Shown here one piece after another: positions 34,687-44,381 of a stretch of 64,000 nt of DNA. Position numbers and translations under genes: made by a program. Source of the stretch: Faecousia sp. Lineage in GTDB: Bacteria > Bacillota > Clostridia > Oscillospirales > Oscillospiraceae. The stretch spans positions 28,749-92,748 of the forward strand of contig JAZRBW010000101.1 of the NCBI GenBank assembly GCA_045635305.1, read 5' to 3'. How positions within the stretch are numbered: position 1 is the stretch's first letter; each line of letters opens with the position of its first letter. The notes below the pieces were generated by a model that was not told the DNA's origin, searched no databases, and saw only the letters and a list, made by a program, of their open reading frames with translations.

Positions 34687-37065
34687 TTACTTAAACTCAG
34701 CAATTGTTACGCCATCCTCGCCTTCACCATAAACGCCCAAGCGGTAAGTTTTAACGTGCTTATTCTTCTTAAGGGACTGGTGTACCGCTGCGCGCACAGC
34801 ACCTGTTCCCTTGCCGTGGATAATACGAACAATGGAAAGATTACTCCTCATCGCTTCATCCATAAATCGCTCCAGCACAATGACAGCATCGATGGTGTCC
34901 ATGCCGCGCAGATCCAATTCAGTGGGCGCAGCATTCATCTTCATCTCCCTGCCTGAATGTTTGGGGCGCACGTGCTTTTCCTTGTAGGGATTATCATGCT
35001 CCAGCAGGTAGATTTCATCCGCCTTGGCGCTGAGTTTCATAATACCCGCCTGCAGTTGATAACTGCCATCTTTATTGATCGCGATAACGCTTGCCTTAGT
35101 TCCAAGCTTCAGCAGTTCAACGGTATCACCAACTAAGATGCCCCTGGTAGGCGCGGGACGGTCCTTTTCCGGTTGGTGGGCACGCAGCTTATCCTCGGCC
35201 TCATTCAGTCCCTTGCGGAGCTCCGCCTGTCTCTGATTAATATTGGTAGTATCCGCGCTTTCCGCAAGCTGTTTCTTTAACGCTTTAATTTCTTCAGAGG
35301 CCTTATTGGCAGCATAGCGTGCATCTTCAATGATTTGCTGTGCTTCACGTCGTGCGATCTCCATGGCTTTTTCGCGCTCTTTGCGCAATTGTTCATGGTA
35401 AACCTCGCTCTGTTCCTTTATTTTGGCAGTTTCCTGTTTCAGTCGTTCAGCCTCATGGCGGGCTGTTTCCATCTGCTGACGCTGCTGTTCCAGTTGAGTC
35501 AGCACATCCTCAAAATCCTTGTCGGATTTACCAACAAGATCATCTGCCTCCTTCAGAATATGCTCCGGCAAACCAAGCTTACGGGAAATGGCAAAGGCAT
35601 TGGACTTACCGGGAATGCCGATCAGCAGCTTGTAGGTAGGCCGCAATGTTTCAACATTAAACTCGCAGGAAGCGTTGATAACGCCCTTGGTGCGCATGGC
35701 GTACAGTTTTAGCTCCGCATAATGGGTTGTGGCCACCACACGGCTGTTCATTTTGCGGCAGAACTCAATGATAGCCATAGCAAGCGCAGCACCCTCAGCC
35801 GGATCCGTGCCGGCACCAAGCTCATCAAAGAGGACCAACGTACGGTCATCGCACTGCTCTACCACATCCACAATGGTCTTCATGTGACTGGAGAATGTGG
35901 ACAAGCTTTGTGCAATGGACTGCTCATCACCAATATCAGCCAAAATAGCATCAAATGTGGACAGAATGCTTCCGTCTCCGGCAGGGACGTGCAGACCGCA
36001 CTCTGCCATCAGTGTCAGCAAACCGATGGTTTTCAGCGTTACCGTCTTACCGCCTGTATTGGGACCGGTAATGATCATGGTATCAAAATCAGAACCAAGT
36101 CGCAGCGATACAGGCACCACCTTATCCTTCGGAAGCAGCGGATGTCGGGCATTGCGCAGCTCCACCCTGCCCTCATCATTCATAATAGGCGCCCAGGCCC
36201 GCATATGGTAGCCGAGCTTTGCTTTTGCGAAAATAACATCCAAACGGATCAGCATGGTCACATTCAGGTTGATATTTTCCCCATGGGCAGCAGCATCCGC
36301 GGAAAGCTCCGACAGAATACGCTCAATCTCCTTCTTTTCCTTCAATTCCAGTTCCCGCAGAGCGTTGTTAGCATTGACCGCGGACATGGGCTCCACAAAA
36401 TAGGTGCCACCGCTGGCAGATACATCATGCACAAGACCCGGCACTTCATTCTTGCATTCACTTTTGACCGGCACAACATAACGACCGTCGCGAATGGTGA
36501 TGATCGGTTCTCGCAGGAATTTACTGAAAGCAGGCGAAGAGATCACCTTCTGCAGGGAATCTCTGATTTTGCCGGCCTGAATGCGCATATGGCGACGGAT
36601 ATTGGCAAGCTCAGGAGAGGCGTTATCAGCGATCTCCTCCTCAGAAAGGATGGCGCCGAAGATTTTATCTTCCAGATATTTATTGGGGCTCAGCGCGGCA
36701 AAGAGAGGATCAAGAACGGTTTTCTTTTCGTCCTCGGACACGTAGCCCTTAATATTTCGGGCGCAGCGAAGTACACCGGCGATCCGCAGCAGTTCAACAG
36801 GCTGCAGCACACCGCCGCGGTCTGCACGTTCCAGGGAAGCCGACACATCCTGCACTTCGCCAAAGGCAGGATTGCCCTTACGGGTGCACAGATCGGATGC
36901 AGCGGTCGTTTCATCCAGCAAAGCCTGGACATCCTCCAGATCAGAAACCGGGTGCAGACGCAGGCAGGCGGCCTTACCGCCCTGGCTGCCAGCACAAGCA
37001 GACAGCATTTCCAGAACCTTGTCCAGTTCCAGTTTTAATAATGATTTTTCGTATAATTCAGACAT
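34687..37065 (-). CDS. mutS2: Endonuclease MutS2
   Basis: ITGPNTGGKT, DEQSIAQSLSTFS, DELGAGTDP, TTHY motifs; coiled coil; Smr domain IIHGKGTG. Confidence 0.96.
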   Translation of the reverse strand: MSELYEKSLLKLELDKVLEMLSACAGSQGGKAACLRLHPVSDLEDVQALLDETTAASDLCTRKGNPAFGEVQDVSASLERADRGGVLQPVELLRIAGVLRCARNIKGYVSEDEKKTVLDPLFAALSPNKYLEDKIFGAILSEEEIADNASPELANIRRHMRIQAGKIRDSLQKVISSPAFSKFLREPIITIRDGRYVVPVKSECKNEVPGLVHDVSASGGTYFVEPMSAVNANNALRELELKEKKEIERILSELSADAAAHGENINLNVTMLIRLDVIFAKAKLGYHMRAWAPIMNDEGRVELRNARHPLLPKDKVVPVSLRLGSDFDTMIITGPNTGGKTVTLKTIGLLTLMAECGLHVPAGDGSILSTFDAILADIGDEQSIAQSLSTFSSHMKTIVDVVEQCDDRTLVLFDELGAGTDPAEGAALAMAIIEFCRKMNSRVVATTHYAELKLYAMRTKGVINASCEFNVETLRPTYKLLIGIPGKSNAFAISRKLGLPEHILKEADDLVGKSDKDFEDVLTQLEQQRQQMETARHEAERLKQETAKIKEQSEVYHEQLRKEREKAMEIARREAQQIIEDARYAANKASEEIKALKKQLAESADTTNINQRQAELRKGLNEAEDKLRAHQPEKDRPAPTRGILVGDTVELLKLGTKASVIAINKDGSYQLQAGIMKLSAKADEIYLLEHDNPYKEKHVRPKHSGREMKMNAAPTELDLRGMDTIDAVIVLERFMDEAMRSNLSIVRIIHGKGTGAVRAAVHQSLKKNKHVKTYRLGVYGEGEDGVTIAEFK

Positions 37066-37079
37066 AGGTATCTCCTAAA

Positions 37080-37739
37080 TTATAGCAGCTGAAAGTGTTG
37101 CTCCAATGTATGCAATGCATTCTCGATCGTACTGTTCTCATCACGGATCTGGGTGTAAAAACCACTTTCGGCAAACTCACGGTAATGCTCCGAACTATTG
37201 ATTTTCTTCAAACATTCACGGAAATTGGCGATTGCCGCCTCGGGATCCGCAGCTTCCAACAGTTTCTGATATAAAAACTGTTTGTCGGCATCCGGTCTGT
37301 CAAAAAATCGATCTACTGACATCCATTGCGGACTGAGCAGAATCGCCACATGCTGATAGTCAGATATTTCTCGCAATACATCCACAGGGATGTTGGTATC
37401 AACAAAAATTCGTTTTCCAGTAGAAGCAAGCTGGATTAGCTTGATTATTTCAAGCTGAGCGGCTTCCTTACCGGTCTGCACAAACCAGGCGTTATATTCC
37501 TCCGGTGTGCGGCTGATAAATTCCTGCCACCCGGACATTGTATCAAAATAAGACAATGCAGGTTGATGGGCAGGGTCGATAAGGTGCATGAGCGCGTCAT
37601 GATAGTTTTCGCCGCAGCAGATACCGTCATACTTTTCTGACAACAGCTTGACCATCGTGGACTTTCCTGCATAAGCCGTGCCGTTAATGAAGTAGACATT
37701 TTGTAACAGATTTCGTAAAAGATTGTTTTCAATTTTCAT
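37080..37739 (-). CDS. P-loop NTPase/kinase-like hypothetical protein
   Basis: Walker A YFINGTAYAGKST; ATG 37739 chosen as start. Confidence 0.7.
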   Translation of the reverse strand: MKIENNLLRNLLQNVYFINGTAYAGKSTMVKLLSEKYDGICCGENYHDALMHLIDPAHQPALSYFDTMSGWQEFISRTPEEYNAWFVQTGKEAAQLEIIKLIQLASTGKRIFVDTNIPVDVLREISDYQHVAILLSPQWMSVDRFFDRPDADKQFLYQKLLEAADPEAAIANFRECLKKINSSEHYREFAESGFYTQIRDENSTIENALHTLEQHFQLL

Positions 37740-37752
37740 ATTCGTCGGTGGC

Positions 37753-37776
37753 GGCGGGAGCAAGCCCCCGCCCTAC
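37753..37776 (-). repeat. GTAG-family REP-like palindrome
   Basis: Minus strand GTAG-GGCGGGGGC-TT-GCTCCCGCC. Confidence 0.65.
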
Positions 37777-37781
37777 AGTAT

Positions 37782-38522
37782 TTAAAGCAAAAGCGACTTA
37801 TAAAAGTCAAGCGTAGAAAAACCTCTTTCCAGTTGGGTGGTCAGGTATGCTTCCGTGATACCGGATAGTTGTTCGATCGTTTCTGTTCCGACACAGAAAG
37901 AAAACAGCTTTTTCGCATCACAATAGGAAATATAGCGCATAGCCTCAAGTACCGCCGATGTGACTGGAAGACGAATACCGTTCGCTTTATCGCGGCACTT
38001 CTCGCACAGCAGCGTACCACCGGAAATATCAAAGAACACCGGTTCTTGGCTTCCGCACACATGGCAACCAAACAGGTCAGGCGTATAACCGGCAAGGGAG
38101 GCAGAACGAAGTTCAAAGACGGATTTTACAAGTAGTTCCGGCTTTCCCAACTTATCCAGAGCGTACAAGCAGTTGAGAACAAGGCTTAACAGTTCCGGGT
38201 TCGGCAAATCTTCCTGCGAAAGAACCTCTGCTGTCTGGGCAAAATATGTACCCAGGGACAGCTTACCGAGATCCCGTCGCAAGCCCTGGAACAACTCGAT
38301 GGCATGGGCTTCGTTAACAGTATACTGTCCCTTGTACTCAAACAGCGTAAATTCGCCAAATGACAACAGCTGACACGGTGCGATCAAGGGCGAATTTTTT
38401 CGCCGCAGGCCGCGGGCTTTGATTGTTAATTTCCCGTGGTTGCGGGTCAGCACCGTCAAAAGCGCGTCCCGGTCATTGTAGTCCGTTACCCTCAGGACGA
38501 TGGCCTGGATCGTCAGGTACAT
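37782..38522 (-). CDS. recO: DNA repair protein RecO
   Basis: IVLR..DY.D.D.LL..LT...GK...ARG OB fold and C4 zinc motif; downstream of era. Confidence 0.93.
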   Translation of the reverse strand: MYLTIQAIVLRVTDYNDRDALLTVLTRNHGKLTIKARGLRRKNSPLIAPCQLLSFGEFTLFEYKGQYTVNEAHAIELFQGLRRDLGKLSLGTYFAQTAEVLSQEDLPNPELLSLVLNCLYALDKLGKPELLVKSVFELRSASLAGYTPDLFGCHVCGSQEPVFFDISGGTLLCEKCRDKANGIRLPVTSAVLEAMRYISYCDAKKLFSFCVGTETIEQLSGITEAYLTTQLERGFSTLDFYKSLLL

Positions 38523-38613
38523 GGCTTTCCTCCATCATACATAGCTTATATTGCAGGTAAAAGGCAGGTGCGCCGGTCTGCAGGAACATTTCCCAGTATT
38601 GCTTTGCGTCCAT
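38473..38613 (-). CDS. YqzL-family small protein (46 aa), not in the ORF track
   Basis: AGGAGG SD; MDAKQYWEMFLQTGAPAFYLQYKLCMMEESHVPDDPGHRPEGNGLQ has W..F..TG....YL.YK and sits between era and recO. Confidence 0.75.
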   Translation of the reverse strand: MDAKQYWEMFLQTGAPAFYLQYKLCMMEESHVPDDPGHRPEGNGLQ

Positions 38614-38668
38614 AATCATCGCCTCCTGCAAATAGGGTTTGCAGTGGCTGTGATTTTAGCACAGGAAA

Positions 38669-39556
38669 TTACTCCTTATAGCCGAAGTTGCGCACCATAA
38701 AGTCGCTGTCGCGCCAGTTCTCCTTTACCTTGACCCAGGTAGTCAGATAAACCTTTGTGCCCATAAACTTCTCACAGTCAGCACGGGCCATAGAAGAAAT
38801 TTTCTTCAGCATGGCACCGCCCTTGCCGATAATAATGCCCTTATGGCTGGCCTTTTCACAGTAAATGGTGGCATCCAGATCGATGATACCGCTGTCACGC
38901 TCGGTAAAGGTGGTGATCTCTACGGCAGTACCGTGAGGGATCTCCTTTTCCAGGCACCACAACAGCTTTTCACGGATAATTTCTGCCATCATCTGGCGCT
39001 CAGGCTGATCGGTGGTAACATCATCCGGGAAAAGGAAGGGGCTTTCGATGGCATATTTATCACACTCAGCAAGCAGCAGCTCCACGCCGTCACCGGTCTT
39101 GGCAGAAATCGGAATAATGGCGTCAAATCGATAGGCTTCACTGTATGCCGCAATGACCTCCAGCAGTTTATCCTTTTCTACAGTGTCGATTTTGTTGATT
39201 ACCAAGATCACAGGGGTACGCTTTGCGCCCAATTCCTCCAGGAGGGACTGCTCCTGCTGACCAACAGAAGCAATGGGTTCTACAACAAGCAATGTCAGGT
39301 CCACATCCGCGATAGAATCCTTCACTGCGCTGACCATATAGTCGCCCAGTTTTGTACGGGGCTTATGGTAGCCGGGCGTGTCAACGAACACATACTGGGT
39401 GTTTCCGCGGGACAAAATACCGCAAATGCGGTTGCGGGTGGTCTGTGGCTTATTGGAAACAATGGTGATCTTCTCGCCAACCAGATGATTGGTCAAGGTG
39501 GACTTGCCAACATTGGGCCGTCCCGCGATGGTAACAATAGCAGTTTTTGTATTCAT
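38669..39556 (-). CDS. era: GTPase Era
   Basis: GRPNVGKSTL, QTTR, DTPG, NKID motifs and KH domain GIIIGKGG. Confidence 0.97.
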   Translation of the reverse strand: MNTKTAIVTIAGRPNVGKSTLTNHLVGEKITIVSNKPQTTRNRICGILSRGNTQYVFVDTPGYHKPRTKLGDYMVSAVKDSIADVDLTLLVVEPIASVGQQEQSLLEELGAKRTPVILVINKIDTVEKDKLLEVIAAYSEAYRFDAIIPISAKTGDGVELLLAECDKYAIESPFLFPDDVTTDQPERQMMAEIIREKLLWCLEKEIPHGTAVEITTFTERDSGIIDLDATIYCEKASHKGIIIGKGGAMLKKISSMARADCEKFMGTKVYLTTWVKVKENWRDSDFMVRNFGYKE

Positions 39557-39559
39557 AAC

Positions 39560-40066
39560 TTATTCTCCTAAGTAAAATTCAAAATGGATGATCTGGTCCT
39601 TTTTGGGCACGTCAAGCCTGGCTTCATCCCCTTGGATGCCGCCCATATGGCGGTAAAAGGCGATCGCAGGAAGATTATTCGCATTGCAGCCGCAGAAAAA
39701 TTTACGGATGCTCTGCTCACGGCAATATTCTCGCAGGGTTGTGAATGCCCTTCTTCCAAGACTCAGTCCCTGATGGGATTTGCAAATATACAAATGATTC
39801 AGACAAAGCACAAAATCTTTATAGCTTCCATGATGATACGGCCCAAAGGAAAAATAACCAACACAATGCTCGCCATCCAGGAAAACATAGTAGTTTTCTC
39901 CCGGTTCCGCAATACGCTCAGCATCATGGTTGGCGTAGGTTGCGACATCGTAATCTTCCCACATACTGTCGGGATAGATTCCGGGATAGGTTTCACGCCA
40001 CACAATTCTCCTGGTCTGTGCAATCTTCCATGCATCTGACGCAGATGCTCTTTTAAGTTCAATCAC
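39560..40066 (-). CDS. GNAT family N-acetyltransferase
   Basis: WRETYPGI, LYI...HQGLSLGRR and N..AIAFY..MGG motifs; GTG start overlapping the ybeY stop. Confidence 0.85.
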   Translation of the reverse strand: MIELKRASASDAWKIAQTRRIVWRETYPGIYPDSMWEDYDVATYANHDAERIAEPGENYYVFLDGEHCVGYFSFGPYHHGSYKDFVLCLNHLYICKSHQGLSLGRRAFTTLREYCREQSIRKFFCGCNANNLPAIAFYRHMGGIQGDEARLDVPKKDQIIHFEFYLGE

Positions 40067-40562
40067 GTCGCATACCCGGGATGGTTGCAGCAATGGCTTC
40101 TTCCCTGCCGCGCATCTGCTTCTTCATAGGTCCTTCGTCCAGATGGTCATAGCCCAGCAGATGCAACATGGAGTGGATGGTTAGATAACCGATCTCCCGT
40201 TTCACACTATGTCCAAATTCCCTTGCCTGCGCTTTGGCGCGCTCCAGAGAGATGCACATATCACCCAGCGGGCAAAGACCGGTTTCGATGTCCAGATATT
40301 CCTCCCAGTCGGCTGGCGGATTGCCAGGCTCCAATTGGAACATAGGAAAGCTCAGCACATCGGTGGGACGATCAATACCACGGCTGGCCAGGTTGATTGC
40401 GTGGATCTCCTTGTCATTGGTAACAAGAACATTAATCTCACAGGGCACCGCGATGTTTTCTTCCCGTAAGGTTGCCTCAACGCACTTACAAATATGAGAC
40501 GCAATGAGGGGCCGCTTCCAGGTTAAGCACTGGAAGGTCATATTGATCTTTACCTTTTTCAT
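40059..40562 (-). CDS. ybeY: rRNA maturation endoribonuclease YbeY
   Basis: PTDVLSFP, LGD..IS and HSMLHLLGYDH motifs. Confidence 0.95.
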   Translation of the reverse strand: MKKVKINMTFQCLTWKRPLIASHICKCVEATLREENIAVPCEINVLVTNDKEIHAINLASRGIDRPTDVLSFPMFQLEPGNPPADWEEYLDIETGLCPLGDMCISLERAKAQAREFGHSVKREIGYLTIHSMLHLLGYDHLDEGPMKKQMRGREEAIAATIPGMRRD

Positions 40563-40563
40563 A

Positions 40564-41580
40564 TCAAGTCTTCCTCTGGTAGCTTCCCTTATAGTTATGG
40601 GAAGGTTTTTTGATTTGCTGCTTGCTTGCTGCCTTTTCATAGGCGTTGATAATTTGCTGAACAAGGGCATGGCGCACCACATCGGCAGAGGTCAGTCGAC
40701 AGATGGCAATATCCTTCACATCCTCCAGAACCCGAACCGCGTCCTTAAGTCCGGAAACCTTATCGTCCGGAAGGTCAATTTGGGTAACGTCACCTGTGAT
40801 GACAATCTTTGAGCCAAAGCCAAGGCGGGTCAGGAACATTTTCATCTGCTCACGTGTAGTATTCTGTGCTTCGTCCAGGATGATGAAGCTATCATCCAGC
40901 GTACGGCCTCTCATATAGGCCAGAGGCGCCACTTCAATGGAGCCTCGCTCCTGGTACTTCTGGAAATTCTCAGGGCCCAGCATATCATACAGGGCATCAT
41001 ACAGTGGGCGCAAATAGGGGTCGACCTTATTTTGCAAGTCACCGGGCAGGAAGCCCAGCCGCTCGCCTGCTTCTACAGCAGGACGAGTCAGAATGATTCG
41101 GTTCACAGTGCGCTCACGGAACGCAGCCACAGCAGCGGCAACAGCCAGGTATGTCTTGCCGGTACCTGCAGGACCCACACCAATGGTGATGGTATTCTTC
41201 TGAATGGCCTTCATGTATTTCTGCTGTCCAACGGTTTTTGCCTTGATGGGCTTGCCCTTTGCCGTGATGCACACCACATCCTCAGCCATTTTCGAAACCT
41301 GGTCATCCTTGCCTTCATTTACCAAGGTCAACAAGTAGCGCACACGCTGTTCGTCAATGGTTTCTCCTTTTGCGGCAAGCATCAGTAAGCCTTCCAAAGT
41401 ACGCACTGCCTTATCTGCCGCCTCCTCATCACCAGAAACCTTCAATTCCGTTCCCCGGTTGACAATGGAAACGCGGAGTGCCTCCTCGATACGGGATATA
41501 TTCTCATCAAAGGATCCGAATACGCTGATCAAATCCTCCATGCGCTCCGCACTGACGGTTCTTTCAATTATTTTCGACAT
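40564..41580 (-). CDS. phoH: PhoH family ATPase
   Basis: GPAGTGKTYLA, RPAVEAGERLGFLPGD, MRGRT and DEAQN motifs. Confidence 0.95.
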   Translation of the reverse strand: MSKIIERTVSAERMEDLISVFGSFDENISRIEEALRVSIVNRGTELKVSGDEEAADKAVRTLEGLLMLAAKGETIDEQRVRYLLTLVNEGKDDQVSKMAEDVVCITAKGKPIKAKTVGQQKYMKAIQKNTITIGVGPAGTGKTYLAVAAAVAAFRERTVNRIILTRPAVEAGERLGFLPGDLQNKVDPYLRPLYDALYDMLGPENFQKYQERGSIEVAPLAYMRGRTLDDSFIILDEAQNTTREQMKMFLTRLGFGSKIVITGDVTQIDLPDDKVSGLKDAVRVLEDVKDIAICRLTSADVVRHALVQQIINAYEKAASKQQIKKPSHNYKGSYQRKT

Positions 41581-42745
41581 AGTCTGATAAACGCTCCTCT
41601 ATCTTTGTAATGCCAATCATTTCATAACAGCTATAGCTGCCACGCATAACAAGCAAACCTTCCTGTTCTTCAAACTGCTCATCCGCCAGCAGGATAGTGC
41701 CGGCGTACATACAGTCCAGAAGATACTGCCGGGATACGGAAGAAAGATCGCATTGCCATGCGGCTTCCTGTGTATCATACATGATATATGTTTCTATCCC
41801 GATCGCCACAGGCAAAACAAACCCTCCGGGCAGTGTCAAATATTTCTCCTCATATATTTTAGCACAACCTGCACCCGAAATTCCACTATTATTCGAAAAA
41901 TTTATTCTCTTTTTTCCGATGATTAATGAATATTTTCTCACAACGCGCTGTTTTTCACCCCTTTGCTGGCATTCAGAAGGAAATACTGCACACAATTCCC
42001 TGTTCGTTTCTGCAAAAATCTCCCCTTTTGCATTGGTTGCCTGAATGCAAATACCGCAATCTGTATAGCCGGAAATCAGCAATTGCCCCTGTTTTACCAC
42101 CTGCCCCACTGAACATACGGCATTGCCCTGCAGTACGGTAAGCTGACGGACAACACCGTCTCTCAGCGCGATAATGCTACTGACTGCGCTTTCTTCCTCC
42201 TGCGTCTGCACAACAGCACGTTCGCGAACGGTAATAACGGCTGTGCAGCCATAGGTATTGACACCTGCCCAATTCAACTCAGGCATCGCTTCCAGTAGAG
42301 CATTCTTTATTTGTTCGCTGCGCACATCTCTTCCGTACGCGCCAAAATAAATGCCGCACTCTGCCGCAGTCTGCGCAATTAAGCGAGCATCAGTGCGTTC
42401 ATTTCCCTGCACCTGAATGAACAACACTCTACTTGGCAGCCAAATACTGAACAAAAGTAATGACAGCATCCCAACAACAAGTACGAGCCTATTTTTCAGA
42501 CCGCAAAGCGTCCAAAAATAGCCCTTTCTTTGCAATACCTTTATCTCATCTCCACGTTTATTCAGCAAAACACATAATTTTTTCCAGTCGGATCTTCGTG
42601 TGCAAAAGCGAATGGTAATATCCGAAACACTTTCTATATCACAAATCGCTATATTTCCATTCTGAATTGCCAGAATAGAGCAATACAAATCCGCACTTGT
42701 CAGCTCTGCGTAAATCCTGCCTTCCAAATACCGCCACAGATCCAT
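41564..42745 (-). CDS. yqfD: Sporulation protein YqfD
   Basis: TM after KG.F, then I.A..DG.V...G.LLISG..A.G.I.A.T; yqfC-yqfD-phoH synteny. Confidence 0.85.
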   Translation of the reverse strand: MDLWRYLEGRIYAELTSADLYCSILAIQNGNIAICDIESVSDITIRFCTRRSDWKKLCVLLNKRGDEIKVLQRKGYFWTLCGLKNRLVLVVGMLSLLLFSIWLPSRVLFIQVQGNERTDARLIAQTAAECGIYFGAYGRDVRSEQIKNALLEAMPELNWAGVNTYGCTAVITVRERAVVQTQEEESAVSSIIALRDGVVRQLTVLQGNAVCSVGQVVKQGQLLISGYTDCGICIQATNAKGEIFAETNRELCAVFPSECQQRGEKQRVVRKYSLIIGKKRINFSNNSGISGAGCAKIYEEKYLTLPGGFVLPVAIGIETYIMYDTQEAAWQCDLSSVSRQYLLDCMYAGTILLADEQFEEQEGLLVMRGSYSCYEMIGITKIEERLSDYVENN

Positions 42746-43029
42746 CACTCACACCCTCTTACGACAGAAATTGATTCAATATTTCCTGTTATCACCAACA
42801 TTCGTCCCTGCATTTTCCTCAGGTGCAAACCGCTGCCGCAAATGCAGATCTGCCCGTAACGCACAGCCACGCAAATCTGCTCCTTCGTATATTCTCTAAC
42901 CCCGCGATGGTTCTCGATCCAGATGCGATTGTCACTGCAAAGCTCCAGAATTGGCTGGTGCGGTAGAGACTCACCCTGCATATCTATCCGGGAAATCAAC
43001 TTTTGCGTCCATGAAGCCCGATGTTTCAT
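42745..43029 (-). CDS. yqfC: YabP/YqfC family sporulation protein
   Basis: IENHRGVREY..I.G.GL.L..ITGNIESI pattern. Confidence 0.85.
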   Translation of the reverse strand: MKHRASWTQKLISRIDMQGESLPHQPILELCSDNRIWIENHRGVREYTKEQICVAVRYGQICICGSGLHLRKMQGRMLVITGNIESISVVRGCE

Positions 43030-43112
43030 TTCCATCCCCCTTTTGAAAATGTATATGCATTCGTGGGGATGAATTGACAGCAGGTGGCATAGGATTTTCT
43101 GAGGTGTTTTGA

Positions 43113-44132
43113 ATGATACAAAAAAATATCACTGCTTGTTTTGCGAGTATTGCTCTTTTGGCGCTGATTTTGGACACAAAAACAGCCCTCGGTGGCGCGT
43201 CCGAAGGCATAGAGCTGTGTATGCAGACGGTAATTCCGTCACTTTTCGCATTTATCTTCCTGTCCATTCTACTCACAAACGCGCTTTCAGGGCAACCCCT
43301 TGCAGTTCTCAGGCCCCTATGTCGAGTGCTGAACATTCCGAAAGGAGCAGAATCCTTGCTGCTGATTGGCTTGGTCGGCGGTTATCCGGTGGGTGCACAG
43401 TGTGTAGCTGACGCCAGGCGAACCGGCACAATTTCCGCAAAATGCGCACGAAGGCTGTTGGCGTTTTGTTCCAATGCCGGGCCATCTTTCATCTTTGGAA
43501 TCGGTTCTCATCTGTTTACAGACAGATGGATGTGCTGGGCATTATGGGCAATTCATATATTCAGCGCAATTATAGTCGGTTGCCTGGTGCAGGGAGCAGA
43601 CGAACCATTCAATCAGAACACAAAAAACGCCAGCAGCAGTGTAACGCAGGCACTACCGAAAGCAACGCGCGCCATAGGGATCATTTGCGGATGGGTAGTG
43701 ATCTTTCGTGTTTTGATCGCTTTTTGTAAGCGGTGGTTCTTATGGATGCTCCCAGGCTGGCTGCAATGCCTATTCTGCGGCGTAATCGAACTAACCAACG
43801 GATGCTGCTCCCTTGCACAGATAGCAGATCCCAAAATGCGATTCATTCTTTACGCAATGTTTCTCGGTTTTGGCGGTGTGTGCGTAACAATGCAAACCTA
43901 CAGCGTTACAGAAGGCGCGGACGCATCCTTGTATCTTCCGGGTAAAATCCTGCAGGCAGTGATCAGCACTTTGCTGGCGGGCGCCATCATTTCCCGGGAA
44001 ATCAGGCCTTATTGTATCTGTGTATTGGTTATTTTGTTCACAGCAATCTATTTTTCAAGAAAAAAACTGCAAAAAAGGATAGCTTTCCGCGTTTTGGCAT
44101 TGTATAATAGCACAAAATTCAGACGGAGGTAA
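43113..44132 (+). CDS. ylbJ: Sporulation integral membrane protein YlbJ-like
   Basis: VIPSLF.F, GGYPVGA, SNAGPSFI, ELTNG and GFGG.CV..Q motifs. Confidence 0.82.
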   Translation: MIQKNITACFASIALLALILDTKTALGGASEGIELCMQTVIPSLFAFIFLSILLTNALSGQPLAVLRPLCRVLNIPKGAESLLLIGLVGGYPVGAQCVADARRTGTISAKCARRLLAFCSNAGPSFIFGIGSHLFTDRWMCWALWAIHIFSAIIVGCLVQGADEPFNQNTKNASSSVTQALPKATRAIGIICGWVVIFRVLIAFCKRWFLWMLPGWLQCLFCGVIELTNGCCSLAQIADPKMRFILYAMFLGFGGVCVTMQTYSVTEGADASLYLPGKILQAVISTLLAGAIISREIRPYCICVLVILFTAIYFSRKKLQKRIAFRVLALYNSTKFRRR

Positions 44133-44133
44133 C

Positions 44134-44346
44134 ATGATGCTGTTTCGAAAGAAGATGGAAGCTCAGTGCGTATATTGTATTCACAGCACCCCACTCAATG
44201 AGGATCAAGTACATTGCCCCAAAAAGGGCATCAAAGACTGCACTGATAAATGTATCCAGTTTTCCTACGACCCTACCAAACGCATTCCCGCAAAAGCTAA
44301 GGCAGTTGACTTTTCCAAATACGAAGAATATGACTATTCCTTATAA
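44134..44346 (+). CDS. Small Cys-rich hypothetical protein
   Basis: GGAGG SD; CVYCIH..CPKKG..C..C..F.YDP.KRIP; followed by a terminator. Confidence 0.7.
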   Translation: MMLFRKKMEAQCVYCIHSTPLNEDQVHCPKKGIKDCTDKCIQFSYDPTKRIPAKAKAVDFSKYEEYDYSL

Positions 44347-44347
44347 C

Positions 44348-44376
44348 AAAAGCGCCGCGAAAACCGCGGCGCTTTT
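44348..44376. terminator. Bidirectional terminator
   Basis: AAAAGCGCCGCG/CGCGGCGCTTTT. Confidence 0.85.
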
Positions 44377-44381
44377 CAACG

